From Flavobacteriales bacterium (GTDB taxonomy: Bacteria > Bacteroidota > Bacteroidia > Flavobacteriales_F > PHOS-HE28): DNA of 64,000 nt. The stretch lies in the NCBI GenBank assembly GCA_041747675.1, contig JBGTES010000027.1, forward strand, positions 15,088 to 79,087. The letters run 5' to 3'. Under the pieces are notes generated by a model. The model did no database searches, was not told the origin of the DNA, and saw only the letters and a list, made by a program, of their open reading frames with translations. The translations under genes and the position numbers were made by a program. Of this stretch, positions 38,073 to 48,184 are shown piece by piece. Each line of letters begins with the position of its first letter. Position 1 is the first letter of the stretch.

Positions 38073-38582
38073 TCACCAGTTGCCCGCATAGTCCAGCGGC
38101 ACGGTGGTGTGGGCTCTTAAGAAGGAATAGCGCAGGTTGTTCAACTGGCGGATGTGGTGCAGGTCATGCGCCACCCAGTTGGTAAGAAGCAGCTCGCAAC
38201 TCACCGGCCCCACCTTGGGGTGCAGGTAGAAGTTGCCCCATGGTGCATCATCGGTCCCGTGCAGCCAGTTCACGGATCGTTGCCGTTCCTCCAGGAATTT
38301 CTCCAACATTTGGTCGAAGTCCTGCTCCATGTACCGTCTTTCATTGACCCAGGTGGGTGGATCGATCTTCGGCCAGGGCTGTTCCGGCGTCTCCAGCGTG
38401 GAACGCAGCCGCGTGCGGAAGTCCTCACGTTCCTCGTCGTGCAGGTGGCAGACGATCTCCAGGGCACACCATTTTTCTGGTGCCGGTCTCCAACGGAACT
38501 CATCGGGCGTTAGGCTCGTGAGCATCGCACGGAACACCCCGCCGTGCCGTTCGAGCTGGCCGAAAAGATGTGAACGCTCCAT
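38073..38582 (-). CDS. DinB family protein
   Basis: 'WRPAPEKWCALEIVCHLHDEE', 'WVAHDLHHIRQL'. Confidence 0.9.
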   Translation of the reverse strand: MERSHLFGQLERHGGVFRAMLTSLTPDEFRWRPAPEKWCALEIVCHLHDEEREDFRTRLRSTLETPEQPWPKIDPPTWVNERRYMEQDFDQMLEKFLEERQRSVNWLHGTDDAPWGNFYLHPKVGPVSCELLLTNWVAHDLHHIRQLNNLRYSFLRAHTTVPLDYAGNW

Positions 38583-38595
38583 TATTCGAAGCGTC

Positions 38596-39012
38596 CTATT
38601 GCCACGCACCGATGATCGCGCCCATGATGCCGAGGAAGACCACTTGATAGCCGGCATCGATGAGCCAGAGCGTGAAGCTCTTGCGCTGGTACAGGTAGTT
38701 GATGCCGGTGCTGGGTGCCACGAAGAACAAGCCGATAAGCAGTCCGTGGTACAGACCCACCTGCCAGTTGAGGTTCGCGGGATCTTCGGTATGCCAGATA
38801 AAGGCCAGCCCAAGGCCCATCACAAAGGTGAGCAGGAGGCAGGTGCCGTAGATGCGGCCCATGTGGGCGCCCTGCTTCAACTGCTCTTCGGAAAGGCCCA
38901 CTTCTCTCATCCAGCGCTTGCCGAAAAGGGCGGTATACCACACAGCGCCCAGTGCAAAAGCCGCGATCGTGGCGACGATCACCGCGAGGAAATTGATGTT
39001 CGCGAGGTCCAT
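38596..39012 (-). CDS. DUF1761 family membrane protein
   Basis: 'INFLAVIVATIAAFALGAVWY..LFGKRW', 'LIDAGY'. Confidence 0.88.
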   Translation of the reverse strand: MDLANINFLAVIVATIAAFALGAVWYTALFGKRWMREVGLSEEQLKQGAHMGRIYGTCLLLTFVMGLGLAFIWHTEDPANLNWQVGLYHGLLIGLFFVAPSTGINYLYQRKSFTLWLIDAGYQVVFLGIMGAIIGAWQ

Positions 39013-39153
39013 GACGGAATGGGTTGTGATGCCTGCCAAAGCTAACCGGGTGGCCGAAAGCACCACTAAATCGGATGAACCGTTCGTCATAAAGATCACA
39101 ATGGTGAGCCGGTCACGAATAAGGTACAGTGGCCGGATACCTTCGCTGCCGCC

Positions 39154-39492
39154 ATGACCGATACAAAGCCCTGCCCCGAGTGCCGTTCCACCATCACTTA
39201 TCCCACAGGCATCAGTTGGATGTGCGGCGCATGTGGCCACGAGTGGAACCCTGAAGAACTGGAGGCCGGGAGCGCGGACCGGGTGATCAAGGATGCCAAC
39301 GGCAACGTGCTGCAGGACGGCGACGATGTGGTGGTGATCAAGGACCTGCCGGTGAAGGGTATGCCCAGGCCCGTTAAGGCGGGCACCAAGGTGAAGAACA
39401 TCCGTCTTGTGGATGGGGATCACGACATCGACTGCAGGATCGAAGGCTTCGGAGCGATGGGGCTCAAGAGCGCGTTCGTAAAGAAAGCTTGA
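39154..39492 (+). CDS. YjdM/PhnA zinc-ribbon protein
   Basis: CPEC...CGAC; 'KDANGNVLQDGDDVVVIKDLPVKG', 'GTKVKNIRL'. Confidence 0.93.
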   Translation: MTDTKPCPECRSTITYPTGISWMCGACGHEWNPEELEAGSADRVIKDANGNVLQDGDDVVVIKDLPVKGMPRPVKAGTKVKNIRLVDGDHDIDCRIEGFGAMGLKSAFVKKA

Positions 39493-39741
39493 GGGTGGCA
39501 CATCCGGGGTAACACCTGAGGTGGTGATCGTATCTCCTGGAACTGTGGTATGTCATACGCGCTGTTGTGTAATGCCATGCCCACAGAACTGTGGTCCGGG
39601 TATCCGTTGAGAATGTTTGGTGCGTTCCGCAAGCCCTTGGCACTGATGACATAGGAAGGGGGCACGATGCCTCGGAGAATGATACGTGGTATCCGATCTG
39701 GGGGGGGGAGGAACAGTCTATCCACCAAAACCCAAAGAACC

Positions 39742-40230
39742 ATGACAAGCACCAAGAACCTGCAAAGCGCAATGACGCATTTGCTCATGACCGTGATCGT
39801 CTTCTTCAGTATGATCGCCATCGCTGTGGCACAGACCACACCCACCACACCCGACCGGACCAAGCAACCCCCACAGCAGCCCGGTACCACCCAACAGCAG
39901 CCCACCCAACAAGATCAAGGCTGGCGTTGGTTCAATGATAACTCAGTTCGCGAATTACAGCTCGATGCGGACCGGATGAGCGAACTACGCGCTATGGATG
40001 ACCGGTACCGCAGGGAGTACAACGCGTTGGGTACAACTCCATGGACCCACTCCAACTACCAGGCTCTCACCGACCGTCGCAATATGGAGATCAAGCGCAT
40101 TCTGACCCCGGACCAGTATGAGCGTTGGTCCAGGAGTTCGATGCAGGGAACTTCACCTGCGCAGTCTCCGGACAGAACGACCACCCCGACAACACCACGT
40201 GACCCGAACACTCCGACGCCCAGACGCTAA
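39742..40230 (+). CDS. hypothetical exported protein (Q/T/P-rich)
   Basis: Signal peptide 'IAIAVAQ'; 'ILTPDQYERW' resembles LTXXQ-type helical motifs. Confidence 0.7.
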   Translation: MTSTKNLQSAMTHLLMTVIVFFSMIAIAVAQTTPTTPDRTKQPPQQPGTTQQQPTQQDQGWRWFNDNSVRELQLDADRMSELRAMDDRYRREYNALGTTPWTHSNYQALTDRRNMEIKRILTPDQYERWSRSSMQGTSPAQSPDRTTTPTTPRDPNTPTPRR

Positions 40231-40249
40231 AGCGATCCGGTAACAAGTG

Positions 40250-40284
40250 CAATGCCCCTCCCAGCCAGGCTGGGAGGGGCATTG
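40250..40284. terminator. strong hairpin between convergent genes (probable bidirectional terminator)
   Basis: caatgcccctcccagcc-a-ggctgggaggggcattg, perfect 17-bp arms. Confidence 0.75.
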
Positions 40285-40304
40285 TGCGTGCGGGCAGTGG
40301 GCTG

Positions 40305-42497
40305 TTACCTGTAGCCATGCCGACGATCGATCTCGATCAGGCGCTGGCGCTGTGCTTCGGCCATTACAAGGACCTGGTCGATGAAGGCCTCGCGGGCTGT
40401 GGGATCGTTCTGCAGGCCGATGAAGAACGGATGTTCGTCCAGGTCCAGCCCGGTCTCCTTCCCATACGAGCGCACAAGCTCGATCGCTTCTTCCACCGCT
40501 TCGCGATCAATGGGAGGATGCAATTCCTCGGCGGTCACTGAGGTTTGGATAGTGCCCGCGGGCGCATGGGCCGTCGATCCCATACCATCGGATCCCGTTG
40601 TGATCCCCTTCATTTCATTACGAATGGAACTCAGTTCCGCGCGCAGTTCATCGATCTGGGACTGTTGGTCTATCAGCCGGTCTGTGAGATCCGCATTATT
40701 TCCCATCCCGATGGCCACGTTCACATAACCTCCCAGCGGATCCTGGGTGGCGCTCCATGCTCTGCCGACGATCTTGGGATGATCGGCCAGGGTCAGCTGC
40801 GCGGGAGGGACCGCCCTGCCGAACCCGTTGCCAAATCCGCTGGGCAGAATGTAGTCGCCCACGTTCACCGTCCCCATCACTTTCACCGGCACCTGCCCCA
40901 TGAAGCAGACTTTTTCAAAGAGATGTTCCATGCCTTGCTCGGGCGAGTTGCCCAGCAATGCGGGATTGTGGGAGATCACCATGTAGCGCTCGGCTTCTCC
41001 GGCCCTCCTGCTGATACGTCCGCCATTCATCGCCACGATGTCCCCGAAGCTCATCTGTTCCGTGGGATCGGCCCGCTCCAACCATTCCGCGTAATCCGCC
41101 GATCCGGACTCGTAGGTGACCCCCAGGTTGCTGAGGGCGAAAATGTTGTACGCTATCGGTTTGGCCGTGGCCACCCCGACCTTGACGATGGCGACGATCA
41201 CCAGGGAGGGAACCGGTGCGGTGACACACCCGCCCAGCCCAAGACAGATCGTCGACGAAGTGGATGCGGCGACCAGGTCGGCGATCGCCAGTCCAAGTTC
41301 AACGGCGAACACGGAGTTATCATAGATGTACTCGGCGGAGGTCAGTACGTCAGCGGTATTCTGCCCTTCGATCCTGCCCCTTGCCGCGCCGCTTCCATCG
41401 AAGAAAGTGATGAAGTTGGTGCTGCCGTCCATTTCCGTCGCGTTCACCTGCACCGCTACGCCATGTTGTCCCCCCTGCACGCGCAAGGGATACGCATTGA
41501 AGTCACCATCCCCGCCGGAGAGGTTCGCGGTGATCGTGGTCTGCCCTTCCACATCCAAGGTGCTATGCAGCAAGGAGGCACCGTCCACCTCCAGCGTGCT
41601 GTTCAGTGTCGTGGCGCCATCCACGTCCAGCGTATTGTTCAAAGTGCTGGCCCCGTCCACGTCCAGCGTATGGTTCAGTGTGGTGGATCCATCCACATCC
41701 AAGGTACTGTTCAGGGTAGTTCCTCCATCCACATCCAGTGTGCTATTCAGTGACGTTGCACCGTCCACGTCCAGGGTATGGTTCAGTGTGGTCGCTCCGT
41801 CCACGTCCAGACTGCTGTTCAGGGTGGTGGCGCCATCCACGTTCAGGGTGCCCGACAGGTGGGTCGGGGTGCCGAAGTTCACATCAAGGCCGTTGTTCAG
41901 GTCGGTCGTGCCATGCACTACCAGGCAGTCGTGCAGGTACAGGCAGCTGTCCACGGTAAGTGTGCCGGTGAGGTGCGTGGGGCTGCCGTTGGCCACGGTA
42001 AGTGAACTGTTCAATGTGCTGGCCCCCTCGATGATCATGGTTCCGGTGGCGGTGATGTTCCTGTGGAACGCGTACGGGGCGAACACCAGTTCCTGTACAC
42101 TGAATTCCATGTACTCACCATTTCCCTGTGGCGATGGAATGTTGATATCCACAAGAAGGTCTTTGGGCGTGCCATCCCAGTCGATCTCTTCGAACACGTC
42201 CGGGCTCGCGCTGGTCATTTCGCCGTGCCCGATGATCACCGAGACCAGGCCATAGCGGTCGGTGGTGGTGGTATGGGTTTCCTGATATTCGATGGACCCG
42301 GCCGCGTCGAGAATGGTGAAGCGTAACGCCAGTGCCTGGTCGGGCAGGTAGCTCCCACCTGCGACATCCACCCCGGGGATCTCCGTGATGTTGTCCGGCC
42401 GGCTGAGAATGATGGCCTGGTAGGTGATCCCGTGCGATTGTGCGAGGCCTTGCAACGCGGCGCACACCAGGAAGGCGAGGAGGAGTGTCGTTCTCAT
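40305..42497 (-). CDS. secreted fibre-like protein with 12-aa repeats and a C-terminal intramolecular-chaperone (peptidase G2/S74-like) domain
   Basis: 'GITYQAII' N-domain; (LDVDGATTLNST)x9; 'ADYAEWLE...GDIV...MGQVPVKV..GDYILPS...KIVGRAW', then a coiled coil. Confidence 0.8.
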   Translation of the reverse strand: MRTTLLLAFLVCAALQGLAQSHGITYQAIILSRPDNITEIPGVDVAGGSYLPDQALALRFTILDAAGSIEYQETHTTTTDRYGLVSVIIGHGEMTSASPDVFEEIDWDGTPKDLLVDINIPSPQGNGEYMEFSVQELVFAPYAFHRNITATGTMIIEGASTLNSSLTVANGSPTHLTGTLTVDSCLYLHDCLVVHGTTDLNNGLDVNFGTPTHLSGTLNVDGATTLNSSLDVDGATTLNHTLDVDGATSLNSTLDVDGGTTLNSTLDVDGSTTLNHTLDVDGASTLNNTLDVDGATTLNSTLEVDGASLLHSTLDVEGQTTITANLSGGDGDFNAYPLRVQGGQHGVAVQVNATEMDGSTNFITFFDGSGAARGRIEGQNTADVLTSAEYIYDNSVFAVELGLAIADLVAASTSSTICLGLGGCVTAPVPSLVIVAIVKVGVATAKPIAYNIFALSNLGVTYESGSADYAEWLERADPTEQMSFGDIVAMNGGRISRRAGEAERYMVISHNPALLGNSPEQGMEHLFEKVCFMGQVPVKVMGTVNVGDYILPSGFGNGFGRAVPPAQLTLADHPKIVGRAWSATQDPLGGYVNVAIGMGNNADLTDRLIDQQSQIDELRAELSSIRNEMKGITTGSDGMGSTAHAPAGTIQTSVTAEELHPPIDREAVEEAIELVRSYGKETGLDLDEHPFFIGLQNDPTAREAFIDQVLVMAEAQRQRLIEIDRRHGYR
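41523..41846 (-). repeat. nine in-frame 36-bp repeats (LDVDGATTLNST)
   Basis: Read from the translation. Confidence 0.9.
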
Positions 42498-42510
42498 GGG
42501 ACTTGTTCCG

Positions 42511-43233
42511 TTAGTGGTTGGCCAGTTTGGAGAGGCAGTACTTGCATTGGGGGAAGGCGATCAGGACGCCGAATCCGATGTTGTGCGTCCGGAATGCCAG
42601 TCGCTCATCGTCCAACGGAGCTATGCCCGGAAAGCGGAGGCCATGGGCGTAGGCATAGTTCACCACGATGGCCGTGCGGTCGGAGACGCAGTAGTTGAAG
42701 CCCGCCGTACCGCGCAGGAAGAGGAAGGGCGCATCGAACTGCTCCACGCCACGCAGGTCGTATACCTCGTGATCGATCGTTTGTGCGCCCTTGATCAAAA
42801 ATTCCGGTGCGACCGATGCGCCGAGGTAGAAGGTGAGTCCCTTGCCGGACATGTTCCGTCCTTTGATGCTGTACAGGTCGCGCTCAATACCCAGGTTGAG
42901 CCCCAGGTAGGTGGTGCGCCATTCATAGTAGCGGCGGTAGGCATCCGGGCTGGTACCGCGCATGCCGTAGTGCTCGTACACCAGGCCGGCGGTATAGAAC
43001 CAGGTCGGATTCAGGGGCCGGAATGGCTGGCGCAAGCCACCCGCGATGGACAGGCCGACCTGCGGGTGCATGCCATCGAGGCTGTTGCCCTGTGAATCCT
43101 TGTACAGGAATTCCGAACGGTTCATACCCGTGAGCAGATAGACCTGCTGGCTGTAAACACTGCCCGTGATGCTGGACAGGATGAACAGGATGATCCCACC
43201 AAGGCGGGAGTGCTTATGTGGTGTTGCGATCAT
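42511..43233 (-). CDS. outer-membrane beta-barrel-like protein
   Basis: Signal peptide; amphipathic strands; unusual C-terminal 'QCKYC'. Confidence 0.7.
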   Translation of the reverse strand: MIATPHKHSRLGGIILFILSSITGSVYSQQVYLLTGMNRSEFLYKDSQGNSLDGMHPQVGLSIAGGLRQPFRPLNPTWFYTAGLVYEHYGMRGTSPDAYRRYYEWRTTYLGLNLGIERDLYSIKGRNMSGKGLTFYLGASVAPEFLIKGAQTIDHEVYDLRGVEQFDAPFLFLRGTAGFNYCVSDRTAIVVNYAYAHGLRFPGIAPLDDERLAFRTHNIGFGVLIAFPQCKYCLSKLANH

Positions 43234-43267
43234 GGCATCCGTGGGTGTGTGGTGTGTGCCGGAATGT

Positions 43268-43798
43268 TCAATGGAAGTGTTGCAGGTGGCCGGCGAAGCG
43301 ACGGTGACCGACCAGGATGCGGACGATGTACGCTCCTGCGGCGAGCGGGCCGGGTTGTATCATGATGGCGTGCTGCGGTGCATGCTCCTGCGCATAGACC
43401 GCCTGCCCCATGGCATTGTACACCTGCACGGTCACGGGTCCCGATGGTTCCTCGGCGAACGCGATGGTGAATTGGTCCGTGAACGGATTCGGGAACAGCA
43501 GCGCATCCAGATCGGTGGAAGGCAGGCCTTGCACGGCTTTGTGAAAGGGCTGCACGAATCCCTGGTTGAAGTAGCGACCGTCCACTTGATAGGATCCCGC
43601 TACGCTGGCCTGTCCCACGGACTGTTGCAGGTAGAAGCTCTTTCCGTTCACCGATCGTATCACGGAGCCACCGGCCGCGCCCAGATTCGAACGCTGTGGC
43701 CTGTTCTGGGCGTGCGACCCGATGCAGACAACGACCAGTGCCATGGTCGCGAGCATTCGCGCAGACATCAGGGAAGGTTCTCTCGTTGCGGGGGCCAT
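43268..43798 (-). CDS. small T9SS CTD-containing protein
   Basis: 'QQSVGQ...QGFVQP', 'LFPNPFTDQFTI...YNAMGQ...LAAGAYIV'. Confidence 0.85.
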   Translation of the reverse strand: MAPATREPSLMSARMLATMALVVVCIGSHAQNRPQRSNLGAAGGSVIRSVNGKSFYLQQSVGQASVAGSYQVDGRYFNQGFVQPFHKAVQGLPSTDLDALLFPNPFTDQFTIAFAEEPSGPVTVQVYNAMGQAVYAQEHAPQHAIMIQPGPLAAGAYIVRILVGHRRFAGHLQHFH

Positions 43799-43837
43799 GG
43801 TGCGGGTGGTTCTTGATATGGGTGCCGGATCAGGTGA

Positions 43838-45907
43838 TCATCGTGCGATGAGCAGCTTCACCACTTGTTGTTCTCCGGGTCTTGATGCGACCAGGAAATA
43901 TGCCCCGGGTGATGCGTCCTGCATGGAGATCGTGTAGGTGTTCTGGCCGGGTGCCGTGGCCCATGAGCGTATGTTCCGGCCGAGAGCATCCAGGATGTTC
44001 AATTCGAGCGGTCGTTGATCCGTGCCGGGGACCGACAATTGGAACAGTCCATCGGAAGGGTTGGGCCACACTTTGAGCCAGTTGTCCGCATCCTGGTCAT
44101 CGATGCCAGCGACAAATGAGACATCCACTGTCATGCAACTCGTCTCCGGACATGTTCCCAGATGGACCGTCACACAGATCTCGGCGGTACCGGCATCGGC
44201 TCCGGTGGTCGCCGTGAAATTGTTGTCCAGGTCGATGTCGCTGCTGGACCAGCCCGCAGGAAGTACCCATGCATAGCTTGAGACGCCCGGCACTCCGGGG
44301 ACCGAGTAGGTGACCTGGGTGAAGGTCTCCACGGTCTGCGGGCCAGTTACCGGTCCGGCCGTGAATGCTTGACCGACGCAGGTGCACGCCGTCGACCAGG
44401 TATCCGAGATCGTGCAGGGATCACCGTCGTTGCAGGGTACACCGGGCAGGGCAGGGCCGCCGGGTACCCCGGCACAATCCACCAGCAGCCCGGCGCAGGT
44501 GCAGTCCGGTCCCCACACATCCAGTTGGGTGGCGGGGTCCCCGTCATCGCAGGGTGTTCCGGGCAATGCCACCCCGCCGGGGATCCCGGTGCAGTCCTGT
44601 AGGTAGCCCACGCAATCGCAGTTCGCATCGTAGTGGTCGCCGCCCGTGTCTGGATCCCCATCATCGCAAGGGGTTCCGGGCATGGCCGATCCACCGGGGA
44701 TCCCGGCACAATCGATCGGCTGGCCGGCGCATACACAGTTGGACCCATAGACATCGTTCCCCGTGGCAGGGTTCCCATCGTCACATGCTGCACCCGGTAC
44801 TGCCGGTCCACCCAGGACACCCTCGCAGTCATAGTCCACTCCCGCGCAGATGCAGTCCTCATCGAATGTATCGTCGCCCGTATCGGGATCTCCATCATCA
44901 CAGGCATCTCCCACACCCGCCAGCACGAAGACCTGCATGGTGTTGGCCATGGAGTTCAATACGAACACATGGGCTGCGGAAACCGCCACGGCGGCGGGAG
45001 ACGTACCAGTCGTAGCGGAACCTCCAGGGACCGGCGTGGTTGGATCGTTCACATCGAACACCTGGATCTCCGAGGTGACCTGATAGCAGATGAAGCAATT
45101 CCCACCTGACACGGCCAGTGCTCCAGGCGCCGTGTTCGCGCCGGTGTTCGCATTGCCCACCAACGCGGGTGCGCTGGGATCGCTCAAGTCGTAAACCTCC
45201 AGCGAATTCACGCCCGTGCATGACACGTAGGCATGCGTACCCGAGACTGAAAGTCCGGTAGGCTGGTCGCCGGTGGCGGCGCTTCCTTCAAGCATGGGGA
45301 CCGCAGGGTCGCTCACATTGAACACCTGCAGGGTGTCACTCGTGCTGCACACCACCACCAGTTGGAATGGGGCGCCGGGTGCGATGGTCTTTGGGCCGCT
45401 CGCAGTGGTGGCCGAACCCAGCAGGGCGGGCATGGCAGGGTCCGCCACATCGAAGCTCTGGATCGTGTTGGCCACCTGGCTGATCACGTAGGCGATCCCG
45501 GCTTCCACCACCACACCCACGGGTTGCGACCCCGTGCCGGCCTCTCCGGCGAGCGTGGGGTTGGCCGGGTCGGAGAGGTCGAATACCTGCAACTTGTTCG
45601 CGTTCTGCGCCACCACATACGCATGAACGCCAGCGACCCTCACGCCTGCCGGACCATTCGCCGTGGGCACCGAGCCCAGCAACACCGGCTCCGCTGGCGT
45701 ACTGATATCGAACACCTGCAAGGTGTTGGACATGAAGTTCGTGACACAGGCATGGTCACCATCGATGGCGATGCTCAAGGGCCTGGTATCAGTGGCCGTG
45801 GTATCCACCGGCAGCAGGCAGGTCGATCCCGAGCCTTGGGCATTGGCGCCATGGCTCGCAAGGATGGCACAGGCGCACATGATCCGGAGGGGGGGCTTCA
45901 TCATCAT
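43838..45907 (-). CDS. T9SS-secreted protein: LVIVD-like propeller repeats, Cys-rich repeats, PKD-like domain and CTD
   Basis: Repeated 'LQVFDxSDPxxPxLxG'; about 5x 'PCDDGDPxTxxD...CxCxG..DCxGVPGG'; 'VWPNPSDG...PGAYFL'. Confidence 0.88.
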   Translation of the reverse strand: MMMKPPLRIMCACAILASHGANAQGSGSTCLLPVDTTATDTRPLSIAIDGDHACVTNFMSNTLQVFDISTPAEPVLLGSVPTANGPAGVRVAGVHAYVVAQNANKLQVFDLSDPANPTLAGEAGTGSQPVGVVVEAGIAYVISQVANTIQSFDVADPAMPALLGSATTASGPKTIAPGAPFQLVVVCSTSDTLQVFNVSDPAVPMLEGSAATGDQPTGLSVSGTHAYVSCTGVNSLEVYDLSDPSAPALVGNANTGANTAPGALAVSGGNCFICYQVTSEIQVFDVNDPTTPVPGGSATTGTSPAAVAVSAAHVFVLNSMANTMQVFVLAGVGDACDDGDPDTGDDTFDEDCICAGVDYDCEGVLGGPAVPGAACDDGNPATGNDVYGSNCVCAGQPIDCAGIPGGSAMPGTPCDDGDPDTGGDHYDANCDCVGYLQDCTGIPGGVALPGTPCDDGDPATQLDVWGPDCTCAGLLVDCAGVPGGPALPGVPCNDGDPCTISDTWSTACTCVGQAFTAGPVTGPQTVETFTQVTYSVPGVPGVSSYAWVLPAGWSSSDIDLDNNFTATTGADAGTAEICVTVHLGTCPETSCMTVDVSFVAGIDDQDADNWLKVWPNPSDGLFQLSVPGTDQRPLELNILDALGRNIRSWATAPGQNTYTISMQDASPGAYFLVASRPGEQQVVKLLIAR

Positions 45908-45967
45908 GACGGTTCCTGTTTCGGTCCTTCAAATCTCATCGCACCAACACGCAGTACCCAGTGCCAA

Positions 45968-46072
45968 TGAGCAAGTGGCGGCACCCGCTGATCAACTGGC
46001 GGGCAGGTGTACATGTCCAGTGGGCTCGGGCGTTCAAGGCATGAACTGCGCCGCCAGCGGCATCCAACCGGG
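45968..46072. promoter_or_regulatory. putative LytTR binding boxes (direct repeats at 21-bp period)
   Basis: tgagcaagtggcgg (45968) / tgatcaactggcgg (45989); weaker pair at 46038/46059; between the T9SS operon and the divergent LytS/LytTR genes. Confidence 0.55.
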
Positions 46073-46318
46073 CGTGGTCGGCCTCGATGCGCATAGAGCC
46101 TGTTCAGGATCTTTTCAAATGCCCGCTCCGGCCTCTTTCCCGCCCATGCTTCACCGGAAAATGTTCTCGTAGACAGCATTACGCGAAATTTTCCGGCTTC
46201 GCCTCGACAAACTATAGTCTCGGAGCCTATCATTCAAGAGATCCAGAACAGGCGCTTAGCTTCGTGTGTCGGCGCAGATGATCCACAACGCACCAACGTG
46301 GAACCCGATCAACAACGG

Positions 46319-48130
46319 ATGAAAAGAGTTGCCCTACTTCTCTTCTCCTTTGGCAGCATCGCCCATGGGCAGGACCATCGGGATACGCTTTGGATGACCT
46401 GGCAGGACCGGGCACTTCCGGACACGGTGCGTCTCGCCGCGCTAAACAAGTTCATCTGGGACGGCCCCAGTGTGCTTGCATCGGACAGCGCGTTCGCACT
46501 GTGCCAGGCGATGTACGACTCGGCCGCCCATTGGGGGCATAGCTCTTTCAGGGTCGCAGCGGTGAACACCAAGGCACGTCTGAAGGCGAGGGAAGGTGAT
46601 CATAGTGCCGCCTTGGGTCTTTACCAACAAGCCTTGGAAATGTCCCGCGAGATGGGGGATACCAAGCGCGAGATCATAGTGCTGAGCAACATCGGGGGGA
46701 CTTATTTTCAGATGAAGGAACCCTACAATGCCCTTCAGTACTTCACCCGCTCCCTGGAGCTTGCGGGGTCATCCGGTGATCGTGCGGAGGCGCACAACCG
46801 CACTTCGATGGCGCTGGCGCACAACATGATGGGCGAATACGCGGAGGCGGACGAACAAGCCCGGCGTGCACTCGCCGTCGCCGAGGCTATCGGTGAAAAG
46901 CGCGAGATCCTCTATGCTGCAAGGATCCTGGCCGACAACCTGGTATCGCAGGACCGCGTGGACGAGGCGATCCCGCTCTATGAGTGGTCCCTGGCCCTGG
47001 GGGAGGAGTTGCGCACGGAACCCGAGATCCTTTCCGCTTTAAAGGGACTCTCGCGCGCGTATGCCAAGCGGGGTGATGCCACCCGCGCCATCGCCCTGGG
47101 AAGGCGCTCGCTCGATATGGCCCTGGCCGTCGGCGATCGATCCAGGATCCTGAACAGCTATTCGAGCCTGTACGAGGTGTACAAAATGGCCCGACGTCCG
47201 GCAGAGGCTTTGGAGATGCTGGAGCACTACCTGGAGGTACACGATGAGGTCCTCAACGATGAGAACAAGGCCGCCCTGGTCCAGCAGAAGATCCAGTACG
47301 ACTTCGATCTAAGGAAGGCGATCCTGGACGCCGAGATGGAAAAGAAAGAGGCCGTGGCGGCGCAGGAGATCCGCCGGCAAAAGGCGGTGCGCAACGGCTT
47401 CATGGCGGGTGTACTGCTCCTTCTTGCCGGCGTGGGGATCTGGATATATACCGACCGCAAGCATCGCCGGGAACGATTCGAGAAGCAAGCCGCAGAACTG
47501 CAGACCCGGATCCTCCGTTCCCAGATGAACCCGCATTTCATCTTCAACGCCCTGAATTCCATCAACGCCTATGTGCAGCACAACGACGCGGATGGTGCCA
47601 GCTCCTACCTCACGAAATTCGCCCGCGTGATGCGTGGTGTGTTGGAGAACAGCCGCCACAGGGAAGTGACCCTGCAGGAAGATCTGGATACCCTGCGCGG
47701 GTACATGGAGTTGGAGCGCAGGCGGATGGACAACAAGTTCGATTTCACCATCGATGTGGATGCGGCCATCGATCCACAGCAGGTGATGGTGCCCCCGCTG
47801 GTGGTGCAACCGCTGGTGGAGAACGCCATCTGGCATGGCATCGCTGACAAGGAAGGCCGCGGGCATATCGCATTGAAAGTGGAACGCCAGGGCGATCAAT
47901 TGGTCTGGTGCATCGAGGACGATGGCGTTGGACGCGGGGCGGCGAAGACGCCCCAGGGCGACCCTGCCGGACAGGTCAATGCAATGAAGAAAACCTCGCT
48001 GGGTACGGCCATCACGCGCAGCCGCTTAGAACTACTGCAGCAGCAGGCCGGTGGGCGGGCCGGCTTCCGCTATGAGGATCTTCACCAGGGCACGCGTGTG
48101 GTGGTGGACATGCCGCTGATCGCGGCCTGA
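46319..48130 (+). CDS. TPR-containing LytS-type sensor histidine kinase
   Basis: TPR helices, TM segment, 'LRSQMNPHFIFNALNSI', 'QPLVENAIWHG', 'EDDGVG'. Confidence 0.93.
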   Translation: MKRVALLLFSFGSIAHGQDHRDTLWMTWQDRALPDTVRLAALNKFIWDGPSVLASDSAFALCQAMYDSAAHWGHSSFRVAAVNTKARLKAREGDHSAALGLYQQALEMSREMGDTKREIIVLSNIGGTYFQMKEPYNALQYFTRSLELAGSSGDRAEAHNRTSMALAHNMMGEYAEADEQARRALAVAEAIGEKREILYAARILADNLVSQDRVDEAIPLYEWSLALGEELRTEPEILSALKGLSRAYAKRGDATRAIALGRRSLDMALAVGDRSRILNSYSSLYEVYKMARRPAEALEMLEHYLEVHDEVLNDENKAALVQQKIQYDFDLRKAILDAEMEKKEAVAAQEIRRQKAVRNGFMAGVLLLLAGVGIWIYTDRKHRRERFEKQAAELQTRILRSQMNPHFIFNALNSINAYVQHNDADGASSYLTKFARVMRGVLENSRHREVTLQEDLDTLRGYMELERRRMDNKFDFTIDVDAAIDPQQVMVPPLVVQPLVENAIWHGIADKEGRGHIALKVERQGDQLVWCIEDDGVGRGAAKTPQGDPAGQVNAMKKTSLGTAITRSRLELLQQQAGGRAGFRYEDLHQGTRVVVDMPLIAA

Positions 48131-48184
48131 GCCTGTGAACAGCTTTCTGGATGCAAGGGATCCGTTAGGCACCTATATTGGCGC

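Noticed and set aside
41523-41846. 36-bp periodic repeats as a CRISPR or non-coding array
   Set aside because: They are contiguous in-frame protein repeats with wobble variation and no spacers.
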